The notes: generated by a model from the letters alone, not told the origin. A DNA stretch of 64,000 bases from Nemertoderma westbladi (GCA_032718475.1 JAUCBJ010001784.1:40486-104485), one strand, 5' to 3'. Counted from the stretch's first letter, positions 11,701 through 25,734 are shown. Translations and numbers: made by a program.

Positions 11701-13373
11701 CCCCTACGTTTGTATTAATTGCACTGTTATTAATTTCGCCCTGATTCGTTACACTGTTACTAATGATATTACTTTGATTAATTTCTTCAGGGTTATTTAA
11801 CGTATTATTGTCTAAGTTATTATTTATATTATTTAAATTATTTTGTTCGGAATTATTTACATTATTTAAATTATTTTGTTCGGAATTATTTACATTATTT
11901 AAATTATTTTGCATATTTAAATTAGGATTGTTGTTACCGGATAAAATATTATTTCCTGCAAGAAAGGTTTGATTAGGGTTGTCTATTACGGTACTATTAA
12001 TATTAACTCCCTCTAACGTATTATTACCCCCCCAGCCCGTACGGTTACACCAGTCCTGGGTCTGTCATCCAGTACCTGTAAGTGGGGTATTAACAAAGGT
12101 TTCCATTACCTCTGGTTCCTCGTAAATACTACCAGAACCAGCCTCACTCTCCGATAATCCCATTTTTGCCAATTCTAACTGGCGCTTTTGCTTCGCCTGA
12201 TACTGCATTAACCCCTTCAGCCGGGTATGCATATCATCCCGCATCCGCTTGCCCGCTCTCTCTCTCTCTCTCTCTTTCTTCCCTCATACTCTGGTTGGCT
12301 AATTCTGTCTCCCTTGCCTCCCACTCTCTACGCTCCTTCACCTCTCTCGCCTCCCGCTCCTTGCACTCGCTTTCCACTTTTGCCTCCCACTCTTTGCGCT
12401 CGTTTATTTCTCTCTCTTCTCATTCTCTATAGTTTCTCGCCACCCTCTCGGCCCTCTCTTTACACTCTCTTGCTAATTCTCTCTCCCTCTCTAACAACGC
12501 AGTTCCCTCATCTAACTACCTTTCCAGTTCCTTTTGATCCAACGCCACAATGTCTAGTTGACACACCAGATCTATCTCTAACACCCTTCTTGCTTTCGCG
12601 GAGGATGTAGCGGACTTATCGGTCGCGACGGACTCCCGTCGCCTCTCTGCCCTACTAACTTTCCCCCGTTTACTGGGGTTCCTACTAACCGACGACACCG
12701 AATCCTCGGGGTTAACCTCGGATTCACTGTCGTGCGGGTCTGCCCATCCCACTAACTTAATTCCCCTAGCTTCCACTAAGTAAGGCCCTATGTACACTAC
12801 ATCTGGTTCCATTGCCTCGGACCGCCACAATTCAAATAGTTCTGTGGCAACCCCCCTCGCTCTCTCACTCGCCAGTTCTCCCTGTCCAAAATGGACTAAG
12901 TAACGAAAATGTTTATTCAAATCACCTAGCCTCTGGTATAGTTTAGGCTGGTCTACATTTCTCCCCTCCTTGGCCACTTTCAGTAGCTTCTTTGTGGCAT
13001 TGTATGCCCGTCGCAGGCGATCACTCGTCCCAACGTCCTCCTCGTTGACCCTACCTTCCCTCCTGGTCCGGCGTCGTACCAGTGGCCCCACCATCGCCAT
13101 TCCGGTTGGCCGTCCGTCGCCCTCAGCCTGTGGCTGGCCGGCGACTTCGGTAGTCCGACCGCCGTCATCATCTCGCGTCGACTCATCATTGACTTTCCCT
13201 CCTCATTGTTGTCGGTCGCCTTCCGCTTGGGTATTCGGATTGTCCCTCGTTGGCGAAGCCGGGGTGGCAGGCCGGTATCGTCTCGTCGCGGCCTCTCGGA
13301 TCGTTTGGTTGGTGTCGTTGGTCCGCGGCGGCATTCTTTCTCCCTCTGATTCTCGGGGCGTTTGTCCGCTCAT
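8712..13373 (-). pseudogene. Disrupted BEL/Pao gag-protease of element A
   Basis: ORF pieces 12516-13100, 9997-10989, 9087-9764 (CQLH...H...C, CHQC...GH...C, LVDSGA) and 8712-9086; several stops and frameshifts; homologous to 38620-41974. Confidence 0.85.
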
Positions 13374-13441
13374 CTTTGGGCTCTCTGGTTCTGGTCACAG
13401 TTTTAGTTGTCGGTAGTTTAGACTTGCTGGCTAGTTTAGAC

Positions 13442-14048
13442 TGTGACAGGATTGAGTTCAATGATCCCGACCGGGTTAGGTTATACGCGTCACTTTACTG
13501 CTGGGCTGCTGAACTAATATCTTTGGCCGAAGGCCGTCGAGAAAATAACAGAGTTTGTGTTTCTCGTTGTTAATGTTCCAATGATAATAGCACAGTATGT
13601 ATAACAGATAATAGTAGAAATTGCAATACAGAATGATAACAGCAGTATATGAAATGACGGTCGAAACTATTGCCGGTCCCTAACTGTGTGATTGATGAAC
13701 TGACCGGTAAATCAGTAATCAGGATAACTATATGATTGATACACATACATATTGGTTCCACCTCTACTCTACTTTGGCCTTCGCTACCCAATGGATGCTT
13801 TCCTATCTTTCCCCACGTGCTCCCCTGCCCGCTATTGGCTTATATACTAATTGTCACTTTGGCACTCCTTGTAGGTGTTACCCCCTGCCGCTAGCCTCGA
13901 CTAGCTGGGTTCTCCCTCTGAGGTGGTTTGACCTCTCACCTCTCTCTGTGGCTTAGGGCGTGTGCCCCCCCCCCCCCCCCCCGAGTTGGTTATGAGGCGA
14001 GATTATTATTGGTAATCTCGTATCGCCAACTATATTGGTAAAATACCA
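13442..14048 (-). repeat. 5' LTR of element A, lacking about 50 bp at its outer end
   Basis: Matches the 3' LTR with scattered substitutions; similarity stops after TTGGTAAAATACCA. Confidence 0.88.
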
Positions 14049-14673
14049 AAAGTGCAAATTCTTCATCAACAATGAAAATACTACAGTAGTTAAAATTCGA
14101 ACAGTAAAACTTCAACAGTAAAAATCACTCACCTTTTGCCTAAAGGATTTAAGACAGAATTGAGAAGGGGGGGAGAATGGGAGAAGGGGGGGGGGGGGTG
14201 AGGTTGAAATTTCAAGAAAACAATATTGATCAAAATATAAAAAAGTAGTAATTGTTTTGGCCACTTTCAAGCAGGGTATAATGCGGCTGGTATTTTGCGA
14301 TAATATAATACTCAGTAAAATGGAATGGTAGTAGTAGTAGTAAACACTTAAATAATACCCCCAGCCATCATTCAATGGTAGGGTGAAAACAGTTCTAACT
14401 GCCCAAGGTTACAACATTTGTGAAAAGATAATACTAATTCAATTCTCAAATCAAATTCAATTCAATTCAATTCAATACTAATTCATATTATCAATATGAT
14501 GCTGAACTTAACAGCATACATCCTACATAGAAACCTATACAGTATTTCATAACAGATGGTACCACCCTACCAGTAAACGCTTCGGCTATCACCTAACAAT
14601 GTTATTTATTTAGTTCCCTAGCAACTCACATTCTTTACTTAATTTGTAGGGTACGGTTAGTAGGGTTGGGTAC

Positions 14674-14787
14674 AATCTTCGCCCGCGTCCAACCTTCGCC
14701 CGCGTCCAATCTTCACCCGCGCCCAACCTTCGCCTGGGGTAAACCTTCGCCGCAAGGCAATCTTCACCCTCGAGCAACCTTCACCCA
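14674..14787. repeat. 17-bp tandem repeat (AA[TC]CTTC[GA]CCC...), about 7 degenerating copies; possibly the subterminal array of a DNA transposon
   Basis: Direct reading: aatcttcgcccgcgtcc / aaccttcgcccgcgtcc / ... Confidence 0.75.
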
Positions 14788-15109
14788 ATAAGATTTGTGT
14801 TAGTACCTAGAAGTTTATTAATAACATTAATAATAGTATATTAGTAATTAGGGATGATCTTGCTTCTAACCATGTTAAATGTGATAACCATGACGAGCGC
14901 ATGAATAAACTAGTGAGTGATTTAAATTCTAGATGTAAGAACTCTGTTCTTACAATCATTTCATCTACTACCATAAACCGTGCCATTATTATTATGTTAT
15001 TATTATGTCACGAGCTGTCCAACATATATTGAACCTGGAGATGGATTCAACGTGCAGTGCCATAGCTGACATAATCAATGCATGTTTCAGGAAAGATGCC
15101 TGATTAATT

Positions 15110-15750
15110 TGGACACACAATTATTACAAGTCTATATAAAGGTGGCGGTCGCAGTCTTCTTCACTCCAAATCATATCGTCCAATTGCAACGTTTAGCCTC
15201 TTTGGAAAAATATTTGAATCTGCGATATTCAACGAATTCCTAGCATCCCCAGGATTCATACCGCCTTCACAACTAGCATATCAACGGAAAATAGGATAAG
15301 ACTTAATAATTACCACAATTCTCGAATTCCTAGAATATCAACGGAGAAGTCATACTACCGGATATTTGTGCCATGTTGATATAAAGTCTGCATTTTGTCA
15401 TATCATTATCATAACCTACTATTTCGAAAGGATATTATTTATGGAACACATAAACCCCTATGTCTGTTTAGCACTGTTATCAAACTACGTATCAATAGCA
15501 CGATAGCCTTTCTGAAGTTTGGTAACTTCATTGATAATATAGGAATTAAACTAATCAAGGGCGGAAAACAAGGATCACTATTATCTCCGTGCCTATTTAT
15601 AATGTATACTGGTGATGTATTACGGTCGTTAAATGTGGTGAATTTTGGGTTCGATCAGCTGCAGATGTGGTTGGGGACAATAGCTTATGCTTACGACTTA
15701 CTACTAATTGGTTTATCAGCCAATGAGCTTGAAAATATGGTTATAACCAT
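15110..15750 (+). pseudogene. Old degenerate non-LTR reverse transcriptase fragment
   Basis: SYRPIA, VDIKSAF, GGKQGSLLSPCLF, IAYAYDLLL (decayed YADD) across broken frames. Confidence 0.75.
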
Positions 15751-18700
15751 CACCCTGCACCTGGCAGCAGGGGTACAGGGCGTGACCCAGCAGATGAGCT
15801 GCACAGCCAATGGTGGGTCATGTGCACCAGAGTAGATATGGGTGATGGGCCTCATATCTGACTCCACTGCGACACCCACCCTGGGGAATGGCAAACCAGG
15901 GTGTGGTATTTGCCCCGAGAGCTGACTTGGCTAAAAAGCACCCCCAACCCCCACTATGGATTACATTAGTAATGCGGAGGTCCGGCCACTAGAGGCCAGT
16001 GGAATTACCTGACACAATCGGCCTCATAGGCGTCAGTTATCTCCTGACTGGCTGCCTGTCTAACCCCCTACTGGAGAGAGAGCAGTCAACAATTCTTTGA
16101 GTCCCTTTCCTGATGACCTTTCTGGCCCAAACCCTGGGTCACCAGGGAGGCCAGATTGTGAGGGGGGGATGGATTCTGGAGTTGGAGGCTACTCTCATAT
16201 TCCACCCCGACCAACAAAGCCATTGGTGAATCTGAGGCAAGTCACTAGACTAGCCTCAGTAAACACCCTAACACCCAGGTCCCCAATGCGACAAGGTGAG
16301 CTGACTGCCTTGGCAAATAAGCTTTCTCTTAGCGCAGTGTGTGTTCAAAAGCACCGAATTCAGACTGGACAGACTGATGAGGTTCTGATTAAGGACATGG
16401 GGGCGGTTGGCAACTCGCCCTCGCGTCAGCAGATGATAGTGGCAATGGTGGAATTGGTCTATTGATGAATCCAACTGCACAAATAGACCAAATCTCTAAC
16501 CGTATCATCCGTTGCCACCTATCATGTTCTGGAAGACTGGCTAAGAAGTTTCCTAAGGTGGTTCTGATTGTGTGCTACTCTCGAACTAGTGTTGCCCCTG
16601 TAGAGGAGGTGGAAAATTTCTACCTCAATCTACAAGCAGCTACTGATGGAGTGGATCAGCATGCATTCTTAACATTCCTGGGAGACTTTCACTTTCTTAC
16701 TAACTCCACACGTGAGTTGATTGTGCTAGTTAATTATAATATAATATATAATTATTATATTAATATAATAATAATTATATTAATATAATTATTAATATAA
16801 TAATAAGAATTATTACAATTAATAAGAATTACATAATTATTGAATCTCTGCACATTCATTGGTCGAATCTACTAATTTGTCAGCCCTAGTATGCCCGTCG
16901 TGTGTTACATCAATGCAAACTTCATGTTTTAGGCCTGACCCCCTCCATTCAGTATCTTGACCTCCTGTTATCACCTTGCGATGTAATAATTTACCATTAT
17001 ATACTTCATTCTGAGCAATTTCGTCAGTCTTCCTATCTTTTCCACCGGTTGTCACAAATTGTTTTTTACCGCTCGCTCGCCCGTCCGCTCGCTTGCTCGC
17101 CTTTTCATTCGTCCCATTTCATTTACTTTGCTAACACTTTATTTCTACTGATATTTGTAACCACATATACTCGAAGTAAATGTTTCATTCATTTCCACTC
17201 CCCTTATTTTATCATTATTTTTACTACGTTATCGAAATATATTATGTTATTTATTAGTGCTTTTATTGTCCACATTTCATTATCATAACTGGCCGTGATT
17301 TGTAAATACAAAAGAATTGAATGCGAGCGAGCACGTTAATAAAGAAACTCAATTTTGCAACCGAAACCTCCCTTGAGTGTCCCAATGATAGACAGGCCCA
17401 CTTTGAAAAGCTCCTCAATAATGACAGGGTATTAATGCCTGATAACTTTATAGAAGTAAAAGTGTCTGAGTCTGTACTCCCAGATATTCCCATTGGCGAT
17501 ATCTCCTTTGCAGAAGTGAAGGTTGCTGCAAAGAGCATTAAGACCAATCGTGCCAGTGGAGTAGATCGTGTTCCCCCTGAGGTCTTTAAAATACCTGAGT
17601 GTTTAAAGCTCATCTATCCCATCATAGTAGACATGTACCGAACAACAAGAGTCCCACTAGAAATGAAAACAAATAAGTTGGTGCCAGTTCCCAAGAAGGG
17701 CAACCTAACACTCTATGGTTCTTTTCAGGGAATCTCATTGATCTCGATTGCTGCAAAGCTATACAATAGAATTCTATGATCCCATTGAAAGACTGCTCCG
17801 TGGAAATCAGAATGGGTTCCGTAAAGGTCGTAGGACCATGGAGCCCATTTTGGCACTTAGAAGGATAATTGAAGAGTTATCAAAAATGAAAGACAGTGAC
17901 TGGCTGTTATCTTTGTTGACTTCTTCAAGGCCTTTGATTCAGTCTCTCGCTCACGTACGTTCAGTATACTTTCATTATATGGGATTCCTGATGAAATTAT
18001 TGCAGCAATCAGATCAGCATACGATGGTTCGACAACATTTGTGTCTACTATTGACGGTGACACAGAACCATTTGAAGTGTTATGGGTGTCCTCCGGGGAG
18101 ACACTTGCACCATTCTTGTTCATAATTGTGGTTGACTATGTTCTACGCATGTCCTTAGATCATCATAATGATGATGGGGAGATGATAACTCCACCTACTG
18201 GCTTCAGAAGTCGAGTAAATCCTGCCAAGTACCTAACTGATCTAGACTTTGCTGATGACTTAGGAGTACTCTCAGAATCACTAGAGGGAGACCAACGGCT
18301 CCTCAGCTCATTAGAACATGCTGCTTCTAGTGTTGGTCTTTTTATTAACTCCAGAAAGACCAAAATTTTGACAGTTAACTTTGAAAGTCCTCAGCAAGTC
18401 TCTGATCGGATGAGCATAAGCTCAAAAGATGGTATGCTTAAGCATGTGGATGACTTCTGTTACCTGGGATCATGGATCCGGAAGTCAGGTGAGGACCTTC
18501 GAATACGTAAGGGAAAGGCATGGGCAGCCTTGAATAGGCTTTCCAGGATTTGGAAGTCACCGAGAATTAATCGGAAACTTAAGGTCCGGTTATTTAGAGC
18601 AGCAGTAGTTCCAGTACTCCTCTATGGGAGTCCATGCTGGGCTCTAACTGCTGAGGACACCAAATCTCTGGATGGCACATTCACAAGAATGCTACGCCGG

Positions 18701-19074
18701 GTTCATTGTGTCAAGTACAATGCACACATCTCCAACCAGACACTATATAACATTGGAGGTGTCTCATTGGTTCCCCCAAGCTTGACACTAGAACAAAATC
18801 GCCTCCGCTTTGCAGGACATTGCTTTCGCCGTGAGGACCAGCCAGTGCATAATCTTGTACTTTGGCAGCCTCATGGAGTGAATAAGCATGGTGGACAGCC
18901 CATGACTTTCTTGAGACGCATCTTAAAGGACACTGGCCTTGAAGATGCGGATGATCTAGCAAATGTCATGGGTGATAGGGAGTTGTGGCGGTGCAATTTT
19001 GTCGATAAGCCGGCACAGCATTCTTAAAAATGCAGCTGCAATGCAGCATGCCGATCCTAGTAGTAGTAGTAGTA
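15751..19074 (+). mobile_element. Near full-length RTE-clade LINE, disrupted (5' UTR, AP endonuclease, RT, (TAG)n tail)
   Basis: APE motifs (CVQKHR, FLGDF); RT motifs VPKKGNL, NQNGFRKGR, LDFADDL; multiple frameshifts; ends CTAGTAGTAGTAGTAG. Confidence 0.9.
16691..17349. mobile_element. AT-rich unrelated segment replacing the APE-RT linker of the RTE; possible MITE
   Basis: LINE coding stops after GDF and resumes near 17370; the ends are weakly inverted (ACTTTCTTACTAAC / GTTAATAAAGAAACT). Confidence 0.45.
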
Positions 19075-19079
19075 AGATT

Positions 19080-19745
19080 AGAATCATCTTCAGCATGAAA
19101 AAATACCATAGAAACATTGTTTTTGTTCATTCACACCACCAAAATGTAACTATTTGTTGCTATTAGCAAGTTACTCGGACATCGCGATTTATTGCAATAT
19201 ATCGCGATTAAAGCGATAACTTTGAAATCTCATAAATGGCCACTGCTGCATGGAAGCAAAAAGGTTTTAGTGCCTGGATATAGCCAAAAATATACAAAAC
19301 AACATATACAAGTGCCAATTTCTAAAACATTCGTCCACATTGGAAGTTTTTCAATCCAAAATAACTCATCGCGATGAATGCCCATTGTAAATATTTTTCA
19401 AAAAACATTAAAATTTGCAACTTATTCAAACTTTTGACTTCAAATTCGAAATCAGCACCCCCAAAAACACCAACACAAAAATTTTCAACATATTGACACT
19501 TGTACAGTATTACTTGTATTTTTGAGAAATTTTTGTTTCCGAGTGCTCACGTAACCTGTACTTTTGGCGCGCGGAAACCCAATTTTCAAATTGTCATACC
19601 TTTTGATCCAGTAGACCAATTGAGCTAATTTATTTTTTAATTTTCATCATTTACCAAGGTCTATAACATATCCAAAATTGAGCGAAATCCAAAGACATGG
19701 GTTAACTTTTAAAATTTTTCTGGATGATTATAAATGGAATTACTC
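19080..19745. mobile_element. Possible end of a non-autonomous DNA transposon (Sola2-like terminus)
   Basis: Ends in TGGAATTACTC (GAGTAATTCCA reversed), resembling Sola2 TIR starts; the other TIR is not seen. Confidence 0.35.
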
Positions 19746-19827
19746 ATACAATAATTACGTGGACTGTTGATTGGGCCTACTATAAATCAACATTCTAGAG
19801 ACAGGGGGGAAAACTCGACGCAAAACC

Positions 19828-20030
19828 CGCCTTGGCGAATTAATATCCCGCCTCAATGTTAAATTCTCAATTTAGCGAAAGGAGCAGGTTACAGTGACAC
19901 GATATTTTAACCAAAACAATAAACTAAACACAATAGAACAGGTTACAGTTTTATTTTTGAGAGTAATCAGCTGTTATTTGCGTCGAATTTCCCCTGGAGA
20001 GGGATCAATTTTTATTGCGTCCAGTTCCTG
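19828..20030 (+). repeat. Dispersed repeat with one diverged monomer of the 68-bp satellite; second copy at ~63416-63612
   Basis: GCCTTGGCGAATTAATAT...GAAAGGAGCAGGTTACAG...AACCAAAACAATAAAC...CAGCTGTTATTTGC is shared by both loci. Confidence 0.85.
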
Positions 20031-20895
20031 CACATTGACTTGAATTATACAGTATATTGATGTGTTATTGTTATTTTGACTTTTAAGTTGTTTTTCAGTT
20101 GACAAAAATTGTCTAAACTGTAAGGCATGACTTAGCTGACTTTGTGGCTCGTCCCACATAATAAAAAATGAAACTTTGCTTCACACTAACAAAAATATAA
20201 TATGAAGCAAATAATTTCATTATGAAGCACGTTTACAAGATATAAGATAAGATTTTTGAGTATTTATAAAAAACGCCCAAAAGGCACAACCAGATAAATA
20301 ACAACGAATAGAGCCAAATAATAAATTTAGATTCCTCCTAAATGTATTACCCCGTCAGTCCGTCGCCCAGCTGAATATATCTTCCCAGTGAATCCTATAT
20401 ATAGGTACTGTACTACACGTACTCCTGCTAAGTTAGCGGTAGCCGGTAGGCCAGCGGACTCCTTAAATACATACAACAAACCTATGTTGGTATCTACAAC
20501 TTAGTTGGTAGGACTAGTGGCGAACCCATACCTACTGAGGACTAGTGGCGAACCTATACCTCTACTGTAAATACAGTAGTAATATTTTCCTAAACTTTCA
20601 CATCAAGGCACTCTCATCTTACGCAAGCCTGAATGTATTATAGTAAGTTTAGTTTTGGACGTTTATGAATAGGCCTACTACACGTGCAATACGGCCGTCA
20701 TCGAATACGTTACTTACTGTATTATAGGCCTACTTAGTTTTAGTTTAATTTAATCGAAAACTTCAACCGGTAGCCGGTAGGCCAACAGTACATGCCTGCT
20801 GACAGCAGCTTAATTGATACCGGTAGGCCTACTTAATTACTTACAACTGTACATTATAATTATACTGTACTCTAGTAATGTTGGAATATTGTTTC

Positions 20896-21945
20896 TATCG
20901 GCAGTGATTTTTTATGTCATTTTATTTGACTTTTTTTGTCATTTTTTTTTTACGAATTATGCATAATGACTTTTGTTGTCCATTTAATGACTTTTATTGT
21001 CATTTTAATGACTTTTATTGTCACTTTTTATGTATGTATTTCTTCAAACTGTCAGACTGGTGATTTCTGGACTGTCAGACAGTTGATTTCACTATGCCTG
21101 TGCCAAAACATTCCATGATTCCATGATTTATAGACTATGAGATAGAATTCCATATGCGCCTGTGGTAAAAAGACTCTATATTTAATAGTTTGTGGTTGTT
21201 GTCGATAATCGATTACCACATGACGTAGCAAAACACTCATTTTATAGCCAAAAACAATTACCAATTGATGGAAAGGAGCAGGTTAAGGCCGAGTTTTCTA
21301 ACCAAAACAATAAACAGTCACTTTAGGCCTACCAAATCAGGGAAAGGAGCAGGTTACAGAGACGGGATTTTCTAACCAAAACAATAAACGATCACTTAAC
21401 TAATTGAGGGAAAGGAGCAGGTTACAGAGGCGGGATTTTCTAACCAAAACAAAAAACGATCACTTAACTTATTGAGGGAAAGGAGCAGGTTACAGAGGCG
21501 GGATTTCCTAACCAAAACAATAAACGATAACATTACCAATTGAGGGAAAGGAGCAGGTTACAGAGGCGGGATTATCTAACCAAAACAATAAACGATCATT
21601 TAACTAATTGAGGGAAAGGGGCAGGTTACAGAGGCGGGATTTTCTAACCAAAACAATAAACGATCATTTAACAAATTGACGGAAAGGAGCAGGTTACAGA
21701 GACGGGATTTTCTAACCAAAACAATAAACGATAACATTACCAATTGAGAGAAAGGAGCAGGTTACAGAGACGGGATTTTCTAACCAAAACAATAAACGAT
21801 AACATTACCAATTGAGAGAAAGGAGCAGGTTACAGAGGCGGGATTTTCTAACCAAAACAATAAACGATAACATTACCAATTGAGGGAAAGGAGCAGGTTA
21901 CAGAGGCGGGATTATCTAACCAAAACAATAAACGATCATTTAGCT
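20896..21945 (+). repeat. Composite repeat: ~370-bp leader plus 68-bp minisatellite (about 10 units); last unit continues at 24696-24748
   Basis: Unit AATTGAGGGAAAGGAGCAGGTTACAGAGGCGGGATTTTCTAACCAAAACAATAAACGATCACTTAACT; the leader recurs from 25735. Confidence 0.92.
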
Positions 21946-24695
21946 TTTTTTCATTTCATTATCATTATTTATATTTAACATAATAATTAAAAAAACATTA
22001 AATTAAAATAAAGGGAGAAGTTACCAGGCAATAAGATGCACTTAGGATAACAGTTTAGATACATAGTAAAATAAATTCACAGAATTCAATTCAAAAATAT
22101 AAACAATTTGAAATACAGTATGATTAGATAATTTCAAGTACAGTAAGCTAAGAAGTATATGTAACAACAACTGAAATAAAACAAATAACCAGAAGTTCAG
22201 TCGATCTAAACATTAAATTAAATTTAAAATTATATAAGAATATAATTAAACTATGGTGCACCGTCAAACGTACAATACCTCACCAAATCTACATTTTTTA
22301 ATTTACGAGAAAATTCGCTTTTTGATTTAGCCTCCACTAAAGATGACGGTAAACTGTTCCAAATTGAAACAACACGGTTTGAAAAAAATTCATTGAATAT
22401 TTTTAGCCGAGAACGTCTTTGGAAAAGTTTAAATTTATGGCCGCGTAATCCACCTTGCCGTGCGTAACAGAAAAACTGGTCAAAATCAACATTCACATAG
22501 TTATTAACGATACCAAACGTCATTTTTAGGTCATTGGCGATGCGGCGCTCCTGCAGGGATTCTAATTTAAGGAAACCTAATCGTTGCATATAAGAATAAT
22601 TACTATCAATTTTGCATCTGGAAAATAAACGACGTGTGAAATACCTTTGCACTTTTTCAAGTTTGTTTATAGAACCTTGTTGGTATGGTGACCAAACAGG
22701 GGTGCAGTATTCAACGATTGGTCTGACAAACGATTTGTATGCAACCAAAATCGACACCAAATGGGCAGAATTAAAACATCGAAAAATCATGTTAATAATT
22801 TTACAAGCTTTATGTGCCTGTTGTTTACAGTATGAGTCAAACTTGAGATCGGAACATATCATCAGACCCAAATCCTTGCATTCCTTATCCTCTTTGAGCG
22901 ATTTCTCGCACAACTTGTATGACGCTTTCTGGTTATTCTTACCAACATTATACCACGGAGCATTTGTGAGCAGCGACCGAGAGTTGCCAGTCGGCTGCCC
23001 AGTCACCCAACTTTGACAGCGAACACTGTAATAAATGACTCTCCTTTGACGGCGCATACAGTTTGACGTCATCTGCAAACAGTTTGCATGTAATAATATC
23101 AACTAGTTGTGGCAGGTCATTAATAAATATTAAGAACAGAACTGGCCCCAACACACTTCCTTGAGGTGTACCGGAAATGACGTCACATACCTTCGAGAAA
23201 CAGGCACCAACCACGAATCTCTGTGTTCGGCCTGACAAGAACGCTGCGATCCAAGCCAGTAGATTACCTCCGATTCCATAACTTGTAAGTTTAGAAATCA
23301 GTTTCGAATGGACTACAGAGTCAAACGCCTTTGCGTAGTCAATGTATATTATGTCTAGATTATTCTTGTCATCAATTAGTTTAAGCCAATCAGCTGTGCA
23401 TTCGAGTAGTTGGGTACATGTGGAACGTTTCTCTAAGAAGCCGTGTTGGGACCTTGATATTAATTTGTGCAAAAGCAAATAGCGACATATCTCATCCTTG
23501 ATGCACATCTCCATGACTTTGCAGGCAATGCACGTCAGGGAAATTGGTCTGTAGTTGTACGCATCTAGAGGATCACCCTTCTTAAAGGAAGGAATAACGA
23601 CGGCAGTCAACCAGACTGGTGGAAGAGAGTGATATTCAAATGACGCTTTAAATATGGCCGAGAGCGGAGCGGCTAGGTTACATGCTAGGTTAGAGAATAA
23701 TAAGCACGGGAATCCGTCCGGGGTGCGACTAGATTTTGGTTTCAGTTTTTTGAGCATTTTCAGCACAGTTACCGGATCGAATGGGACTTTATCGAGTTTC
23801 ACATTTATAGGAACTTTTCGCGGCAATGGGTGTATTGTATTGTTATCAGATGTAAAGTTCTCAGAAAGAACATCAGCAAATATACTAGCCTTTACAGCGT
23901 CATCAAGTATAATATCTCCATTATATTTCAGAGGTCCGATTCCTGAGTTTGTTTTTCGTTTCGAATTAACAAATTTGAACATGGAGCTACGGTCGCCCGA
24001 CGTAAGTATTTTCGTTTCCCGGACACAAGCAGCGCGGAACACCGCCTTAGAGACTTCATCTGCGGCATGTTTATACGCTTCTTTTCCACCAGGCGAATTT
24101 CTTCTTCTCCAGAGCAATTTCTTTGTGCGCTGCAGCTGATGTACATAAGCTGGATAATATTTTTTCTTTCCTGAGTTCGCGAATTTCTTAAATGGGATAC
24201 AAAGATCAATACCTTTCTTCAATGTTGTACTGAATATTTCCCAAAGCTCTGTTACTGAGCTACATGATGTAAATAGATCCTTCCAGTTAACAGTTCGAAG
24301 AAATAATCCAAACTGATTATAGTCACCATTTTTGAAATCGTAGTAGCCATCAGTATGATCTGGTATGATAGCTTGGGTCGGAGAGGTGATAAGGAATTCC
24401 ACGGTATCATGGTCACTTGAACCAAAAGGTATGTTTGTGTCAACACCAGAAACATGGTTGTCATCAGTACTGAAAACTAGGTCGAGGACTGAATCCTTAC
24501 GTGTAGGTTTAAGTTGCAGTTGAGATAAACTTGCTTCCAAGACGAGATCAGCGAAGGATTGGTATAATGCATTGCTAGGGTGAGTGAAATCGACCCAATT
24601 AAACTCTCTGAGGTTGAAGTCGCCGGTAATCGCGCACGGAATGGTTGTGTCGGTTAGTTCTGCGAGACACTCGCACAGCAGATTGTTTGCACAGC
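21946..24695 (-). mobile_element. 5'-truncated CR1-clade LINE inserted in the 68-bp satellite
   Basis: APE C-terminal motifs TGDFN, PTR..LDLV, SDH; RT YRPISL, DYAKAFD, PQGSVLGP, FADD; CR1 tail LRGHKFKL...FFSNRVV; one frameshift near 22950; flanked by AGCT on both sides; A-rich tail. Confidence 0.92.
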
Positions 24696-24748
24696 AGCTA
24701 ATTGAGGGAAAGGGGCAGATTACAGAGGCGGGATTTTCTAACCAAACT

Positions 24749-24997
24749 GTCAACGTCTGAGAATGTACGAATCCGTATATACCCTTTATTGGACGAACCT
24801 CTTGGCCGTCCGATCCTTTGGGCTAAAAACGGGTCGTTGTTTTCGCTATCATTGTGACTACCGGTATCAAACGGTAACGGGGTATAACATGTATAAGTAG
24901 TTTTTTCGAGTACGGATGAGTTTATGAACTGATCTGTGCTGTTGGAAGTAGTGGTGCCGCTATCCGTAACACTACTCAGACAGTAGTCATGATCCAT
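24749..24997 (-). pseudogene. N-terminal fragment of an unknown, probably transposon-derived DNA-binding protein
   Basis: Starts MDHDY ([DE]HxY motif), contains AT-hook GRPRGS; cut off by the satellite unit at 24748. Confidence 0.35.
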
Positions 24998-25734
24998 TAT
25001 TGATTATAAAAATATTACAGTAATAGGCCTAAATTATGTGAAAGATATTATTCTCCTATCAATTATTTAAAATTTATTAGCACAACCGGTAGGCCAGTAG
25101 GCCTACCATTACCGTATTTAAATGGTAGGCTACACAGTAGGCCTATAGCAGTACCAGTGCCGGTACCGGTACCGGTACTAAAATGCAGAATAACATTAGA
25201 CTTTTGGATGACATAAAAAATCAAAAAAAAATGACAAAAAAAGGATAAAAACGGACAATAAAAATTATTGCGGTTTCTATCTCTGTGTCACAATGAAAAC
25301 ATTTAAGCCAATAAGACGGTAAGAGGATTCAGGAAAGTTCCCTTTCAGCCTTTGCTGCTTTGGGCCTATGTAAATGATTGCTGAGCCAATCAGGTTACAA
25401 TTTTCTGGCTTCAGTCCGCTGTTAAATTAAAGTCGTTACAACAAAGAGAGGATTCTTGCATTATAATGCTATAGGCCTAATTCAAATTGACCGCGCATAT
25501 TTGGGCTTTTAATTGACAATCCGTAGTCCGCAGTCCGCTCTTTACAGCCTACATGCACCCCTAAAACGACACCCCAATTGGAAATATGCATACCGGCAGA
25601 CCGGTAGTACGCCATACTCCTACAGACAAGCAGACAAGTCCCTAAAAGGTGCCACCCTGCTCCATAGTGCGGGAAATTCAAATGATTGAAAGACATGTTA
25701 TTTGTACCGGTACTGGAAAGGGTGGCAGATCAGA

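Larger units (their letters stand above)
3622..14048 (-). mobile_element. BEL/Pao-derived LTR retrotransposon, non-autonomous (element A; no RT/RNase H seen)
   Basis: Direct repeats 3622-5283 and 13442-14048; PPT next to the 3' LTR; BEL/Pao-type Gag (PFKFDGSKLEEY), Cys/His knuckles, protease LVDSGA...IIVGMD...PVAILTPFG; integrase C-terminal remnant. Confidence 0.88.

Noticed and set aside
13668-13720. Twister-ribozyme-like GCCGGTCCC...CCGGTAAA in LTR A
   Set aside because: Antisense to the element and lacks the downstream G-rich pseudoknot partner; a simple hairpin explains it.
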